A DNA stretch of 64,000 bases from a bacterium (GCA_046331705.1 JAXLQJ010000010.1:124001-188000), one strand, 5' to 3'; counted from the stretch's first letter, positions 13,696 through 23,779 are shown. Translations and numbers: made by a program. The notes: generated from the sequence alone by a model not told the origin.

Positions 13696-14281
13696 ATGAC
13701 TGACGAAGCCGACCGCAAGAAGAAGCACCGCAGTCCGCTTAATCCGTTCTTAGCTCCGGGAAGCGATCAACTGCGCGGGCGAATTCTACAAGGACCACCG
13801 GACCAATCCGACGTCAATCCAGGCGGCCGCGACTACCTGGGGCCAGGACCCCAAGTCAGGCATTACTGGGGTTGGTGGACGGATCGTGTCAGCGCTCAAG
13901 CAGTTTGGGTTGATGGAGGAGACGGGATGGTGGCGCCACCTGGCGCCTCAAGCTGACCGATCTCGGCCGCTTGCGCTGCTGCCAGAGTCCGATTCGCGAC
14001 GTCCGACGGCCATTCGGGAAGCAGCGCTGAGGCCCAAAATTCACGAGGAATTGGTCAAATACTACCCGGAACGTCTGCCCTCGGATCAGGAGCTGAAAAC
14101 CAGCCTTGAGCTAGATCGAGGATTCAACCCGGACGCGATCCCGGCCTTTATCAAGCAGTTCCGTGATACGTGCGAGTATGCGGCGCTGTATAGCGATGAT
14201 AGACTAACGCCCGCAGCCGACGAATTCGGGGATTTGCTCGCAGAAGAGGGCAATCCGCACATCCGGGAAGCGCCAGGCTAA
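13696..14281 (+). pseudogene. Conserved hypothetical protein (possibly DNA-binding), frameshifted
   Basis: GGAGG RBS before ATG 13696; KKHRSP... then SALKQFGLME...AIREAALRPKIHEEL...LPSDQEL...DRGFNPDA...FIKQFRDT in other frames. Confidence 0.5.
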
Positions 14282-14380
14282 GCTTGGGGGTGAGGATCCA
14301 ATGACGACGGCCGGAACGCCGCCAGCGGGCGCGCTCGAAACTCCGCCTTTGACCAGTGAGGCGTGGCAGAACCTCACGTT

Positions 14381-15220
14381 CGACGACAGCGACGGGCTGA
14401 TCGACTGCTTCGATCCCGATTGCGCCAGCGACCACGATTGCGACGGAGTCGAGCTCTGCTACAACGGCACGGACGACGACGGCGACACGCTCGTCGACTG
14501 CGCCGATACCGCCGACTGCGCGAGCTTCCCGGCGTGCGCGCCGCCGCCGGTCGAGGTCTGCGACAACAGCCTGGATGACGATCAGGACGGTCTCTACGAC
14601 TGCTTCGACGACGACTGCGCCTCGTTCCCTGCGTGCGTGTGCACGGACGCGGACGGCGACGGCTACGGCAACCCCGCGTCGCTCATGTGCGCGGATCCGG
14701 CGCTCGACTGCAACGATGGCAATGCCGACGTGAACCCGGGCGCCGTCGAGGTGCCGGGCAACGGCCTCGACGACGACTGCAACGCGGCCACCAGCGATTG
14801 TCAGGACCTGGACGGCGACGGCTACGGGAACCCGGCGTCGGCCGATTGCGACCACGCCCAGCTCGACTGCAACGATGCCAACGGCGACGTGAATCCCGGC
14901 AAGACCGAGATCCCGAAGAACGGTATCGACGACGACTGCAATCCCGCCACGCCTGGCGCCTGCACGCCCAGGCTCGCGGAAGCGTCGGTCGGCACGGGCG
15001 CGGCGTCCACGCCGGGGAGCGTGGACCTCGGGCTCTACTTGATTCCGGGTGCCGCCCTCGCGCTCGTGCTACGGCGGGTGAGACGCATGGCGCGGCCACG
15101 CTCGTGAAGTAGCGCGCCGCTCGGCCACCGCGAAGCGGCGCGCGCCCCATCGACGCGGAGCCCGTCGGGAGCATCGCTCTCGGCGGGCTTCGCTCGTTTC
15201 GTCCGGCCCCGGGGCTTTTC
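14381..15220 (+). repeat. Direct repeat copy 2; in-frame 3' fragment (to stop at 15107) of the secreted Cys-rich gene
   Basis: Matches 10807-11633; open frame with CTDADGDGYG...DCNDGNADVNPGAVEVPGNGLDDDC repeats and a TM/Arg tail. Confidence 0.95.
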
Positions 15221-15294
15221 GCTTGGGTTGCGACGCGGTTGGCGATCCCTCATCATGGGACCTTTGCGTCACATCGCTTCACGGAGAGTGGCTC

Positions 15295-16296
15295 GTGCGT
15301 CGACGAATCGATCGAACCATCTCGCTCGCCGCCGCGATCGCGGCCTTGCTCACGCTGCGCCCGGTCCCGAGCGCCGCCCAGTACTGCGCGCTCCCCACCA
15401 CCAACGAGTGGTTCGACATCTCGGGCATGGGTGGCAATCTCGGGCTCGGCAACGACGCCGCGATCATGTGCATGTGGCCGCTCACGTTCACGCTCTACGG
15501 CACCGCGTACGACAACATCGTCATCAGCTCGAACGGCTACGCGTTCCTGACCAACGCGGGCTTCAATCCGGGCTGTTCCTTCGCGCCGCCGCCCGGCGGC
15601 ACCAATCCCAACAACGTCGGGCTCCCGAACGTATCGGCTCCGGGTGCGTTGATCGCGCCGTTCTGGGACGATCTCGATCCATCGCTCTCGGGCGGCGTGC
15701 ACTCGGTGGGCTGGGCCCTCGCGGGGCAGCCGCAGCGCCTGGTCGTGCAATGGGACGGCGTCCCACATGCCGGCGGCGGCGGGACCGGCAAGTTCCAGAT
15801 GCAGCTCGAGGACGTCACCCACGACATCCTCTTCTGCTACCAGGACGTGGACTTCGGGAATCCGGCGTACGACTTCGGTGCCAGCGCGACCGTCGGCATC
15901 CAGGACGCCACCGGCACGCAGGCGCTCCAGTACTCGCTCAACAGCGCCTCGCTGACCAACAACTCCTGCATCCGCATCTACGCGTCGTGCCCCTGCACCG
16001 ACGCCGATGGCGACGGTTACGGCAACCCGGCATCTCCGGCGTGCACGTACGCGCAGCTCGACTGCAACGACGCCAATCCAGCGGTGAACCCGGGCGCCAC
16101 GGAAGTGCTCTTCAACGGGATCGACGACGACTGCAACGCGGCGACGCCGGTCAACCCCGCGTGCATGAGCGTCGCCGCCTCCGAGGGGCCCGCTCAGCCC
16201 GCCGCCGCGAGCGCCGCGGCCACCGGGCTCGGTGTGGTGTTGCCGCTGGCGGTGCTTCGGTGGCAACGTCGCCGCCGGAGTCGCGCAACCGCATGA
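15295..16296 (+). CDS. Secreted protein with nidogen-like domain, one DADGDGYG...DCND repeat and C-terminal TM + Arg tail
   Basis: Signal peptide; ISSNGY, LIAPFWDDL, GASATVGIQ; CTDADGDGYG...NGIDDDC. Confidence 0.7.
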   Translation: MRRRIDRTISLAAAIAALLTLRPVPSAAQYCALPTTNEWFDISGMGGNLGLGNDAAIMCMWPLTFTLYGTAYDNIVISSNGYAFLTNAGFNPGCSFAPPPGGTNPNNVGLPNVSAPGALIAPFWDDLDPSLSGGVHSVGWALAGQPQRLVVQWDGVPHAGGGGTGKFQMQLEDVTHDILFCYQDVDFGNPAYDFGASATVGIQDATGTQALQYSLNSASLTNNSCIRIYASCPCTDADGDGYGNPASPACTYAQLDCNDANPAVNPGATEVLFNGIDDDCNAATPVNPACMSVAASEGPAQPAAASAAATGLGVVLPLAVLRWQRRRRSRATA

Positions 16297-16742
16297 TCCC
16301 GCTCACGCAAGCCCGTTCCAGACGTCGCGGTCTTCGCGCCGTCGCCCTGGCGTGCGTGGCGCTCGGTATCGGCGGTTGCAGCAAGAAGGGTGGCGGCCAG
16401 ACCTCGGTGTCGGTGGCGCGCGGCGAGACCGTGCAGGCGGTGCTCGAGATCAAGGCCGGCGAGGCCGAAGGCGGTCAGCTCGAATCCTGCGATCTCGTCG
16501 TCTTGAACGAGCAGGATCCGGACACCGCGCTGGCGCTGGATCAGCTGGACGTGACGTTCGGAACGCCGGCGAAGTCGGCCGATCGCCGCTGCGGCGTGAT
16601 CGCCACGCTCGCCGCGCACGACGATGCGGTGGCTGGTGATTACGTGGTCGAGGCCACGTTCTTCTACGAGTTCTCGGCGCCCTTTCAGGGAACCCAGGAA
16701 GGAGACGATTTCGGCTCCATCCTGGTGACCATCACGCCCTGA
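16293..16742 (+). CDS. Hypothetical lipoprotein
   Basis: ATG overlaps upstream TGA (ATGA); lipobox IGGC after a hydrophobic stretch. Confidence 0.6.
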   Translation: MIPLTQARSRRRGLRAVALACVALGIGGCSKKGGGQTSVSVARGETVQAVLEIKAGEAEGGQLESCDLVVLNEQDPDTALALDQLDVTFGTPAKSADRRCGVIATLAAHDDAVAGDYVVEATFFYEFSAPFQGTQEGDDFGSILVTITP

Positions 16743-16785
16743 GCCCTGCGCTCCAGGGGCGGCCGCCTGGTCGCCGGTTCGCGCC

Positions 16786-19554
16786 TCAGACGGATGGACG
16801 CGCGTCCAGCGTGCTGCGCACCACCCGCAAGACCTCGTCGAGGCGAAACGGCTTCTCGAGCAGCACGATCGACTTGTCGTCGAGCCCGTGGCGGTCGAGG
16901 ACTTCGGCGGTGTAGCCCGAGACGTAGATCACGCCCGCGGTCGGGAAGAGCTCACGCACGGCGTTCGCCACCTCGTGTCCATCCATCCGCGGCATCACCA
17001 CGTCGGTGATGAGCAGGTCGATCGGGATCTTCTCGGAGCGTAGCCAGCTCAGCGCGGCCTCGCCCGAGGGCGCGTCCCACACACGGTAGCCGCGCTGCGC
17101 CAGGGCCTGGCGCAGGATCGCGCGGACCTGGTCTTCGTCCTCGACGACCAGGATCGTCTCCGAGCCGACGCGGCGCGGCTCCGGAAGAGGCGGCTCCTCG
17201 GGCTCGATCGCGTTCACGCGCGGCAGGTAGATCGTGAACGTCGAGCCCTCGCCCACGGCGCTCTTCACCTCGACGTGGCCGCCGGTCTGCTTCACGACGC
17301 CGTACACGGTGGCGAGACCGAGCCCGGTGCCCCGTCCCTCGCCCTTGGTCGTGAAGAAGGGCTCGAAGATGCGAGCCTGCGTCTCCTCGTCCATGCCGCA
17401 TCCGGTGTCGCGAACGACGAGCTGAACGTACGCTCCCGGCGCCAGGCCGAGGTGCTGGCGGGGATCGTCGTCCGCGACGTCCTCGTTGGCCGTGCGGATC
17501 TCGAGCTTGCCGCCCTTCGGCATCGCGTCGCGCGCGTTGACCACCAGATTGAGCAGCACTTGCTCGAGCTGCCCTGGGTCTGCGCGCACCGTGCCGAGGT
17601 TGGACGCGGGCTTCACCGTCATCTCGATGTCCTCGCCGATGAGCCGTGGCAGCATTCGCGTGAGATCGCCGAGCAACGCGTTCAGGTTGAGCACCTCGGG
17701 AGCGAGCCGCTGCTTGCGGCTGAAGGCGAGGAGCTGGCGCGTGAGCTTCGCCGCCCGCTCGCCGGCGGCCATCACCAGCCCCAACGATTCCCGGGTCCGA
17801 GGCGAGACGTCGCCGTCCAGCTCGAGCTGGGCTTGGCCGAGGATCACCGTCAGCAGGTTGTTGAAGTCGTGCGCGACGCCGCCGGCGAGGCGCCCGATGG
17901 CATCCATCTTCTGCGATTGGCGGAGCTGCTCTTCGCTCGCCTGCAGCGCCAGCTCGAAGCGCTTGCGCTGGGTGATGTCGCGCACCACACCGAAGAAGCC
18001 GTGCACGCGCCCATCGGCCTCGCGGCGGCAGACCGATCGGTCCTCCAGCCAGCGCACGTCGCCGTCGGGCCGCGCGATCCGGTAGACGCGGGTGACCGAG
18101 GGCTCACCCTCGCGCAGCTTGCGCGTCGATTCCACGAAGCCCTGCCGGTCCGCGACGTCGATCAATCCGACCAGCCGCTCGAGCGGACCCAGGATCTCCT
18201 CGGGACCGCGACCGGTGACGGTCTTCGCCTGGTCGCTCACGAACGTGACCTGCCCCGGCTCCGTGCCTTCCGCGAAATCGACCACGTAGAGGACGTCCGA
18301 GATGCTCTGCACCACCAGCCGGTAGCGCTCCTCGCTGCGCCGCAGCTGCTCGGCGCGCCGCTCGAGCTCGTCGCGGCCGCGGCCGAGCGCCTCGTGCAGC
18401 CGGCCGTTGCGCAAGTTGAGCGCGAGCTGCGGGAGCAGCACGCCCAGGCACGTGAGCTCCGTCGAGCCGAATCGCTGGGCGGCGCCCACGCGATTCACCA
18501 CGACGAGGAAGCCCAGGATGCCGGCGTCGTCGGAAACCGCGGAGACGATCGCCTCGCGAGCGCCGCTCGCCGCCAGCGCCCGCAGCCACGGTTCGGCGGT
18601 CTCGAGCGAGCGAACCAGCCGCGGCTCGTTCGGGACGGCGACGGGGAACTCGCTCGGCAGCAGCTCGAGCCCGGCGCTCGTTCCCGCGGCGACGCGCAGC
18701 GGTGGCGCGGGCTCGCGCGACACCACCAGCAACGCGCGCTCGGCGCGGAGCTGGGCGCGAATCTGCTCGACCGCGGTGTGGGCGATTCGCTCGATGTCCA
18801 GCCATCGTCCGACCTCGCGCGAGAACGAGTGCACCTTCTCGAGGTCGCGATGACGTTGACCGAGCTCGCCGTGCGCTCGCACCACCGCCCACATCGCCGC
18901 CATGGGCAGCACCGCGATGAGCGCGAGCCGGGGATCGAGGATCGCGGGCAGCACGCACAAGACTCCGGTCGACGCGCCCACCAGATAGAGCGCGTGCCCG
19001 AACCGCGCTTCGATGGCCAGCCATTTCTGGAGGCCGCCCTCGAAGAGCGAGACGGCGATCGAGATGAAGAGGCTGCCGATCGCCATCGCGACCCCGATGG
19101 CCACGAGCAGCGCGAACCAGGTCCCCACCGTCGGCGGGGTGCTCGGCTCCACGAGACGTCGCGCGATCGTGGCCGACAGCGTCGCCTCGAGCGCGAACAC
19201 CGCGAGATTGAACACCAGCTTGTAGAACGGCGGACGCGGTGGACGAAGCGCACCGAGGGATGCGCCCAGCAGCCAGGCGAGCGCGAGCCAGTGCGGCGTG
19301 AGAAAGACCAGGCCGTAGGCGAGCGGGATCTCGGTGGGTGAGAAGGAGATCGCTTCCCTGCGGAACTCGACGTGGAAGACGAATCGCTCGGCGAGGAAGA
19401 ACCCGAGGGTCACCAGCGGGAACGCCACCAGCAGCGACGCGGGCAGGTAAGCAACGTCCGCGTTCGGGACCAGCCGAAGGAGCGTGGCGGCGATCGCGAA
19501 CAGCGCGACCGTGAGCAATGCGATCAGCGCGAGTGGCTTGTCAGTGGCGCGCAC
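16786..19554 (-). CDS. Hybrid sensor histidine kinase (membrane domain, GAF, PAS, HisKA, HATPase, receiver)
   Basis: GGVAHDFNNLL, QVLLNLVVNARDAM, RIFEPFFTTK, GTGLGL, ILVVEDE, LLITDVVMP. Confidence 0.93.
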   Translation of the reverse strand: MRATDKPLALIALLTVALFAIAATLLRLVPNADVAYLPASLLVAFPLVTLGFFLAERFVFHVEFRREAISFSPTEIPLAYGLVFLTPHWLALAWLLGASLGALRPPRPPFYKLVFNLAVFALEATLSATIARRLVEPSTPPTVGTWFALLVAIGVAMAIGSLFISIAVSLFEGGLQKWLAIEARFGHALYLVGASTGVLCVLPAILDPRLALIAVLPMAAMWAVVRAHGELGQRHRDLEKVHSFSREVGRWLDIERIAHTAVEQIRAQLRAERALLVVSREPAPPLRVAAGTSAGLELLPSEFPVAVPNEPRLVRSLETAEPWLRALAASGAREAIVSAVSDDAGILGFLVVVNRVGAAQRFGSTELTCLGVLLPQLALNLRNGRLHEALGRGRDELERRAEQLRRSEERYRLVVQSISDVLYVVDFAEGTEPGQVTFVSDQAKTVTGRGPEEILGPLERLVGLIDVADRQGFVESTRKLREGEPSVTRVYRIARPDGDVRWLEDRSVCRREADGRVHGFFGVVRDITQRKRFELALQASEEQLRQSQKMDAIGRLAGGVAHDFNNLLTVILGQAQLELDGDVSPRTRESLGLVMAAGERAAKLTRQLLAFSRKQRLAPEVLNLNALLGDLTRMLPRLIGEDIEMTVKPASNLGTVRADPGQLEQVLLNLVVNARDAMPKGGKLEIRTANEDVADDDPRQHLGLAPGAYVQLVVRDTGCGMDEETQARIFEPFFTTKGEGRGTGLGLATVYGVVKQTGGHVEVKSAVGEGSTFTIYLPRVNAIEPEEPPLPEPRRVGSETILVVEDEDQVRAILRQALAQRGYRVWDAPSGEAALSWLRSEKIPIDLLITDVVMPRMDGHEVANAVRELFPTAGVIYVSGYTAEVLDRHGLDDKSIVLLEKPFRLDEVLRVVRSTLDARPSV

Positions 19555-19686
19555 GCGACAGGTCCGAAGCTCGGGGCGGCGGGAAGTCGAGGATGGCCCG
19601 TCCGCGTACGGAAAGCACGACCGGCGCAGCCCGTGCCGCGCCGGTCGCGTTCGAGAAGGGGAGCGTGCTCGGGACCCGCCAGCCGA

Positions 19687-21240
19687 TCACCACGAAGCGC
19701 CGCGCCACGCGGCGCCCGACCACGAGACGTCGCGCCACGCGGCACCCGTCCACGAACCATCGCGCCACGCCGCGCCGGTCCAGGTCGCGGATGTCCACTT
19801 GGCGCCAGTCCAGGTGTCACCCCGCCAGCTCGCGCTCGTCCACTTGGCGCCCAGCCAGCTCGCGCCCGTCCAATGCGCGCCGGTCCACGCGGCCTCGCGC
19901 CAAGCGGCCCCACGCCACGCCGCCCCGGTCCAGTGGGCTCCGTCGAAGTCACCGGCCGCCCAGTGTTTCGCGCCGTCGAGCTGCCCGGGCCACGGCTCGC
20001 CGAGGGTCGTGATCTCGCCGCTGAGTGGGACGCCGCCGATCACCACGCGGGCGGAGCCGCGTGCGAGCTCGAGCGCCCCGCTGCCCGAAGACGGCTGCCA
20101 CGCCTGGCTCGTGGCGCACGCTTCCGTCTTGCTCGCGCCGAAGACGTCGATCCGTCCCCGCCCCTGGAATTCCTCGGGGACTCCCCCGATCGGCTCGGCT
20201 GCGCCGCGGAGCAGCGCCTTCACCTGATCGGGAGTGAGCCAGGGGCGCTCTTCGAGCAGCAACGCCACCGCGCCGGAGACCACCGCCGCCGCCTGCGAGC
20301 TGCCGCTACCCTTGAAGAGCGTCTCGCTCACGTAGCCTTCCGGGTGCTCGACATCGACGCGCGACCCAGGCGCCCTGAGGCTCACGATGTGGGCGCCGGG
20401 TGCAGACACGTCCGGGTTGCGCGACCCGTCGCCGCTGGTGCTCCACGCCGGTGTCTGGATGGTGCGCCTGGCCGTGTCGGCCGCGGCGACGGCGATCACG
20501 AACGGATCGAGAGCGGGATCCGCGAGCCGGCGTATCCCTCTGCCGTCGTTGCCGACGGCCACGACCACCACGATCCCGGCCCGCCACGCCTCCTCGACGG
20601 CGAACGCCAGCGGGTCCACTCGGTAGTCCTGGGTGGAGTCGGTTCCGTACGAGAGATTGAGCACGCGGATGTCGAGATCGTGGGCGTGGTCGACCACCCA
20701 ATCGATGCCCGCGATCACCTGCGAGACGTCCACCGCGCCGCTGTTGTCGCCGACCTTGACCGAGACCAGCGACGCGCCCGGCGCGACCCCCTGGAACGCG
20801 CCATCGGGGCTGCGTCCCGCGATGATCCCGGCCATGTGCGTGCCGTGCCCGTAGGTGTCGAGGTAACGCGCCTCGGGCACGCCCGCTTCGAGCGAGAGAT
20901 CCACCATCGCCACGACCTTGTCGGGGTCGGCGAGCGCCGGCACCGGTGCCACGCCGGTGTCGACCAGCGCGACCGTGACGCCGCTACCGTCGATGCCGCG
21001 AAGGCGGAGCTTGCTGGCGCCGATGACCTCGACCACAGCCGCCGGCATGACGGCGGGATCGCTGGGTGACTCCGGCGCGGCGACCTTGCTCGCCGCCGGG
21101 GGCGGACCGTCGGGCTTGGGGTTGGGGCCCGCCACGCTGGCGGGTGTTGCGGCCAGCGTCGCGAGCAACGGGAGGAGCGCCCACCATTTCCTTCCCGTTG
21201 GACGCTGAGGCTCGGCGAGGGGCTCGTCGGTTTGCGGCAT
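19687..21240 (-). CDS. S8 subtilisin-family serine peptidase with C-terminal Trp pentapeptide repeats
   Basis: VALVDTG (D), YGHGTHMAG (H), AVGNDG (N), GSGSSQAAAVVSG (S); signal peptide. Confidence 0.88.
   Translation of the reverse strand: MPQTDEPLAEPQRPTGRKWWALLPLLATLAATPASVAGPNPKPDGPPPAASKVAAPESPSDPAVMPAAVVEVIGASKLRLRGIDGSGVTVALVDTGVAPVPALADPDKVVAMVDLSLEAGVPEARYLDTYGHGTHMAGIIAGRSPDGAFQGVAPGASLVSVKVGDNSGAVDVSQVIAGIDWVVDHAHDLDIRVLNLSYGTDSTQDYRVDPLAFAVEEAWRAGIVVVVAVGNDGRGIRRLADPALDPFVIAVAAADTARRTIQTPAWSTSGDGSRNPDVSAPGAHIVSLRAPGSRVDVEHPEGYVSETLFKGSGSSQAAAVVSGAVALLLEERPWLTPDQVKALLRGAAEPIGGVPEEFQGRGRIDVFGASKTEACATSQAWQPSSGSGALELARGSARVVIGGVPLSGEITTLGEPWPGQLDGAKHWAAGDFDGAHWTGAAWRGAAWREAAWTGAHWTGASWLGAKWTSASWRGDTWTGAKWTSATWTGAAWRDGSWTGAAWRDVSWSGAAWRGASW
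19690..19944 (-). repeat. 17 tandem 15-bp/5-aa units, consensus (T/R)GA(A/S/K/H)W
   Basis: GAHW-TGAAW-RGAAW-REAAW-TGAHW-TGASW-LGAKW-TSASW-RGDTW...RGASW-stop. Confidence 0.9.
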
Positions 21241-21555
21241 CGGGCCTCCTGTTCATCGGTGGAGGAGCGAGAGCCTGAGCGTGCAACAAGGTGTCCGCGC
21301 CTCACTGCGAAGGGTGGGCCAAGCTCGGGCCTCGCCGTCGGGCTCGAGGTGTCCTTGTAAGTCGTGGAATGCAAATGAGAAACGGCGACGCGGCGGGGCG
21401 CGTGTCGGCGTCTGACGGCCTTCCGCGCCTGCGCATCGCGACGGGGGTCGCCGCACCGGACCGGGCAAGAATGGACCGGGGTGGGCAAAATGGACCGGGC
21501 CACCTGCCCGGTCCGTGACGAGGCCGAGCTCGCGCTCAGCCAGGCCGCTCGAGCG

Positions 21556-23730
21556 TCACGCGCGCGCGACGGTGACCGGCACTCCGCTCAGCTGGGTGCT
21601 TCCCGAGAGCGCGTCGAAGAGCCGCTCGTCGGTCAGGTCGTTGATGCTGACGCCGGGGTGGGCGGTGGCGACCGCGAGGCCGTCGCCGGCGCGGGCGTGG
21701 CCCCAGCCGTGTGGCAGGCACACCACGCCGGGCATCATCTCGTCACTGATCTCGATCGGCGCCGTGAGGGTGGCGACGCGCGAGGAGATCGCCGCGCGAT
21801 CGCCAGCGGCGAGCTTGCGCCGTGCTGCGTCCTGGGGGTGGATGAGCAACGTGCAGCGATCCGGACCTCTCACCAGCCGGGCGCTGTTGTGCATCCACGA
21901 GTTGTTGCTGCGCAGGTCGCGGCGGCTGATGAGGAGCAACGCCCCGTCGTGAGACTCGGGCGCGGAGACCTGGATCGCCGTGTCGAGCTTGCGAGCGAGG
22001 CGAGGGAGGTCGTCGAGCATCGGTGCCGGGGCGAGCTGGATGCGCTTCGAGCGGGTGGCCAGTCGCGCCGGCAGCCGCGGCTCGAGCGCGCCGAGATCGA
22101 GGCCGTGCGGCGCGGCGAGCAGCTTGGCCAGGTTGAGCCCCGCCGAGCCCGGCGCGAAACGGTCCCCGTGCGGCCCGAGGCGAATCAGCAGATCGAGCAC
22201 CCCGCGCGGGCCGAGCCGGCGCGCCACGGACGCGGCCAGCGCTGTCGCCAGCCGCGTGAAACCGCCGCGGCGGCGGCCGATTCGCTCCGACAGGGCCAGG
22301 AAGATCTCGTGGTCGTGCCGGGTGCCGCGGGGCGCGGGCAGCATCGCCGGCGAGAAATGGGCGACGTTCCGCACCGCGAGCGCCTGGGCGAGCATCGGGA
22401 AGTGGTCGTGCTCGAGCCCCCAGGTCGGCGGCAGGATCAGGTGGGCGTGGCGTGTGGTCTCGTTGCGGTAGATGTCGATCGACACCATGAAGTCGAGGCC
22501 GGCGAGCGCTTTCTCCACGCGCCCGCCGTTCGGCAGCGAGAGCACCGGATTGCCGGCGTGGGTGACGAGCGCGCGGATCTGCCCGGCGCCCGGGGTGTCC
22601 ATCTCCTCGGCGAAGGCGGCCACCGGCAGCTCGCTGGTGAATTCGCGCAGGCCGCTCACGCGGCTGCGCCAGCGGTCGTAGCTGCCGCGTTGGCCGAGGA
22701 GCGTCGCCACTCCCGCCAGATCCACGACCGGGGTGGTGAACATCCAGCCGCCCTCGCGATCGAGATTGCCGGTGACGACGTTGAGGACGTCGGTGAGCCA
22801 GGTGGCGAGCCCGCCGAACTCCTGTACGCAGGCGCCCATCCGCGAGTAGCACACCGCGCGGCGTGCGGCGGCGAAGTCGCGGGCCAGCGAGCGAATGGCC
22901 GGCGCGTCGATGCCGACCACGGGGGCGACGCGTTCCGGCGTGAAGGGCGCGAGCCGCGCGCGAACCTCGTCGAGCCCGTCGGTGAAGCTCGCGAGGCGTC
23001 CCGGCTTGGCGAGGCCTTCCTCGAAGAGCGTGGTCACCAGCGCCGCGAGCAGGAGCGCGTCCGTGCCGGGTCGGATGAAGTGGTGGCGATCGGCGAGGGC
23101 GGCGGTCTCGCTGCGGCGCGGGTCGACGACGACGATCTGGCCGCCGCGCTCGCGAATCGCCTCGAGCCGGTGCCTCACGTCGGGCGCGGACATCGCGCTG
23201 CCGTTCGAGACCACCGGGTTGGCGCCCACGATCAGCAGCAGCTCGGTTCGTCCGAGATCCGCCACCGGGATGAGCGCTTGGTTGCCGTACAGGAAATACG
23301 AGGTCATGAGACGCGTGAGCGCGTCCACCGAGTTCGAGGAGTAGTTGTTGTGCGTCCCGAGCAGATCGCGAAACGGCAGCCCGAAGAGCAAGGCGCTCGA
23401 GCTGTGGGCGGTGGGATTGCCGATGTAGAGCGCGACCGCGTTCTTGCCGTGCTGGCGCTGGATGTCGACGATCCGGTGCGCGGTCTCGTCGAGCGCCTCG
23501 TCCCAGGAGATGGGTTTCCAGGTGCTCCCGGCGCGGCGCAGCGGCTGGCGGATGCGGTCGGGATCGTGCTGCACGTCCTCAAGCGCGACCCCCTTGGGGC
23601 AGAGGTGGCCGGCGCTGAACGGGTCGCGCGCGTCGCCGCGGATGCGCGTCACGCGGCCGCCCTCGTGGGTGACCTCGAGCCCGCAGATCGCCTCGCAGAG
23701 ATGACAGACGGCGTAGCTGGTGGTGGCCAT
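21556..23730 (-). CDS. Molybdopterin-dependent oxidoreductase (Fe-S binding N-terminus)
   Basis: CHLCEAICG...HLCPKG; C-terminal RSNNSWMHN, LLIHPQDA, VVCLPHGWGH. Confidence 0.88.
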   Translation of the reverse strand: MATTSYAVCHLCEAICGLEVTHEGGRVTRIRGDARDPFSAGHLCPKGVALEDVQHDPDRIRQPLRRAGSTWKPISWDEALDETAHRIVDIQRQHGKNAVALYIGNPTAHSSSALLFGLPFRDLLGTHNNYSSNSVDALTRLMTSYFLYGNQALIPVADLGRTELLLIVGANPVVSNGSAMSAPDVRHRLEAIRERGGQIVVVDPRRSETAALADRHHFIRPGTDALLLAALVTTLFEEGLAKPGRLASFTDGLDEVRARLAPFTPERVAPVVGIDAPAIRSLARDFAAARRAVCYSRMGACVQEFGGLATWLTDVLNVVTGNLDREGGWMFTTPVVDLAGVATLLGQRGSYDRWRSRVSGLREFTSELPVAAFAEEMDTPGAGQIRALVTHAGNPVLSLPNGGRVEKALAGLDFMVSIDIYRNETTRHAHLILPPTWGLEHDHFPMLAQALAVRNVAHFSPAMLPAPRGTRHDHEIFLALSERIGRRRGGFTRLATALAASVARRLGPRGVLDLLIRLGPHGDRFAPGSAGLNLAKLLAAPHGLDLGALEPRLPARLATRSKRIQLAPAPMLDDLPRLARKLDTAIQVSAPESHDGALLLISRRDLRSNNSWMHNSARLVRGPDRCTLLIHPQDAARRKLAAGDRAAISSRVATLTAPIEISDEMMPGVVCLPHGWGHARAGDGLAVATAHPGVSINDLTDERLFDALSGSTQLSGVPVTVARA

Positions 23731-23779
23731 GGAATCCCTCGTGGCCGAGAGCGTGGCGAGCGCGCCGCCCGAGCGCCAC

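Larger units (their letters stand above)
11634..14380 (-). mobile_element. Decayed IS1-like element with cargo genes; only one terminus recognised
   Basis: GGTAGTG at 11634 fits the IS1-family GGnnnTG end and starts exactly where the repeat stops; contains a transposase remnant; more AT-rich than the flanks. Confidence 0.65.

Noticed and set aside
14053-14068. GGTCAAATACTACCCG as the second IS terminal inverted repeat
   Set aside because: Only a short partial match to the reverse complement of the 11634 end, inside a coding frame, with no target duplication seen.
14301-14380. ATG 14301 as the true start of a 268-aa gene
   Set aside because: The first ~27 codons are island sequence fused by chance to the duplicated gene end, and there is no signal peptide.
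19690-19944. 15-bp periodic sequence as a non-coding tandem repeat or array
   Set aside because: It encodes the Trp pentapeptide tail of the S8 protease and is conserved at the protein level.
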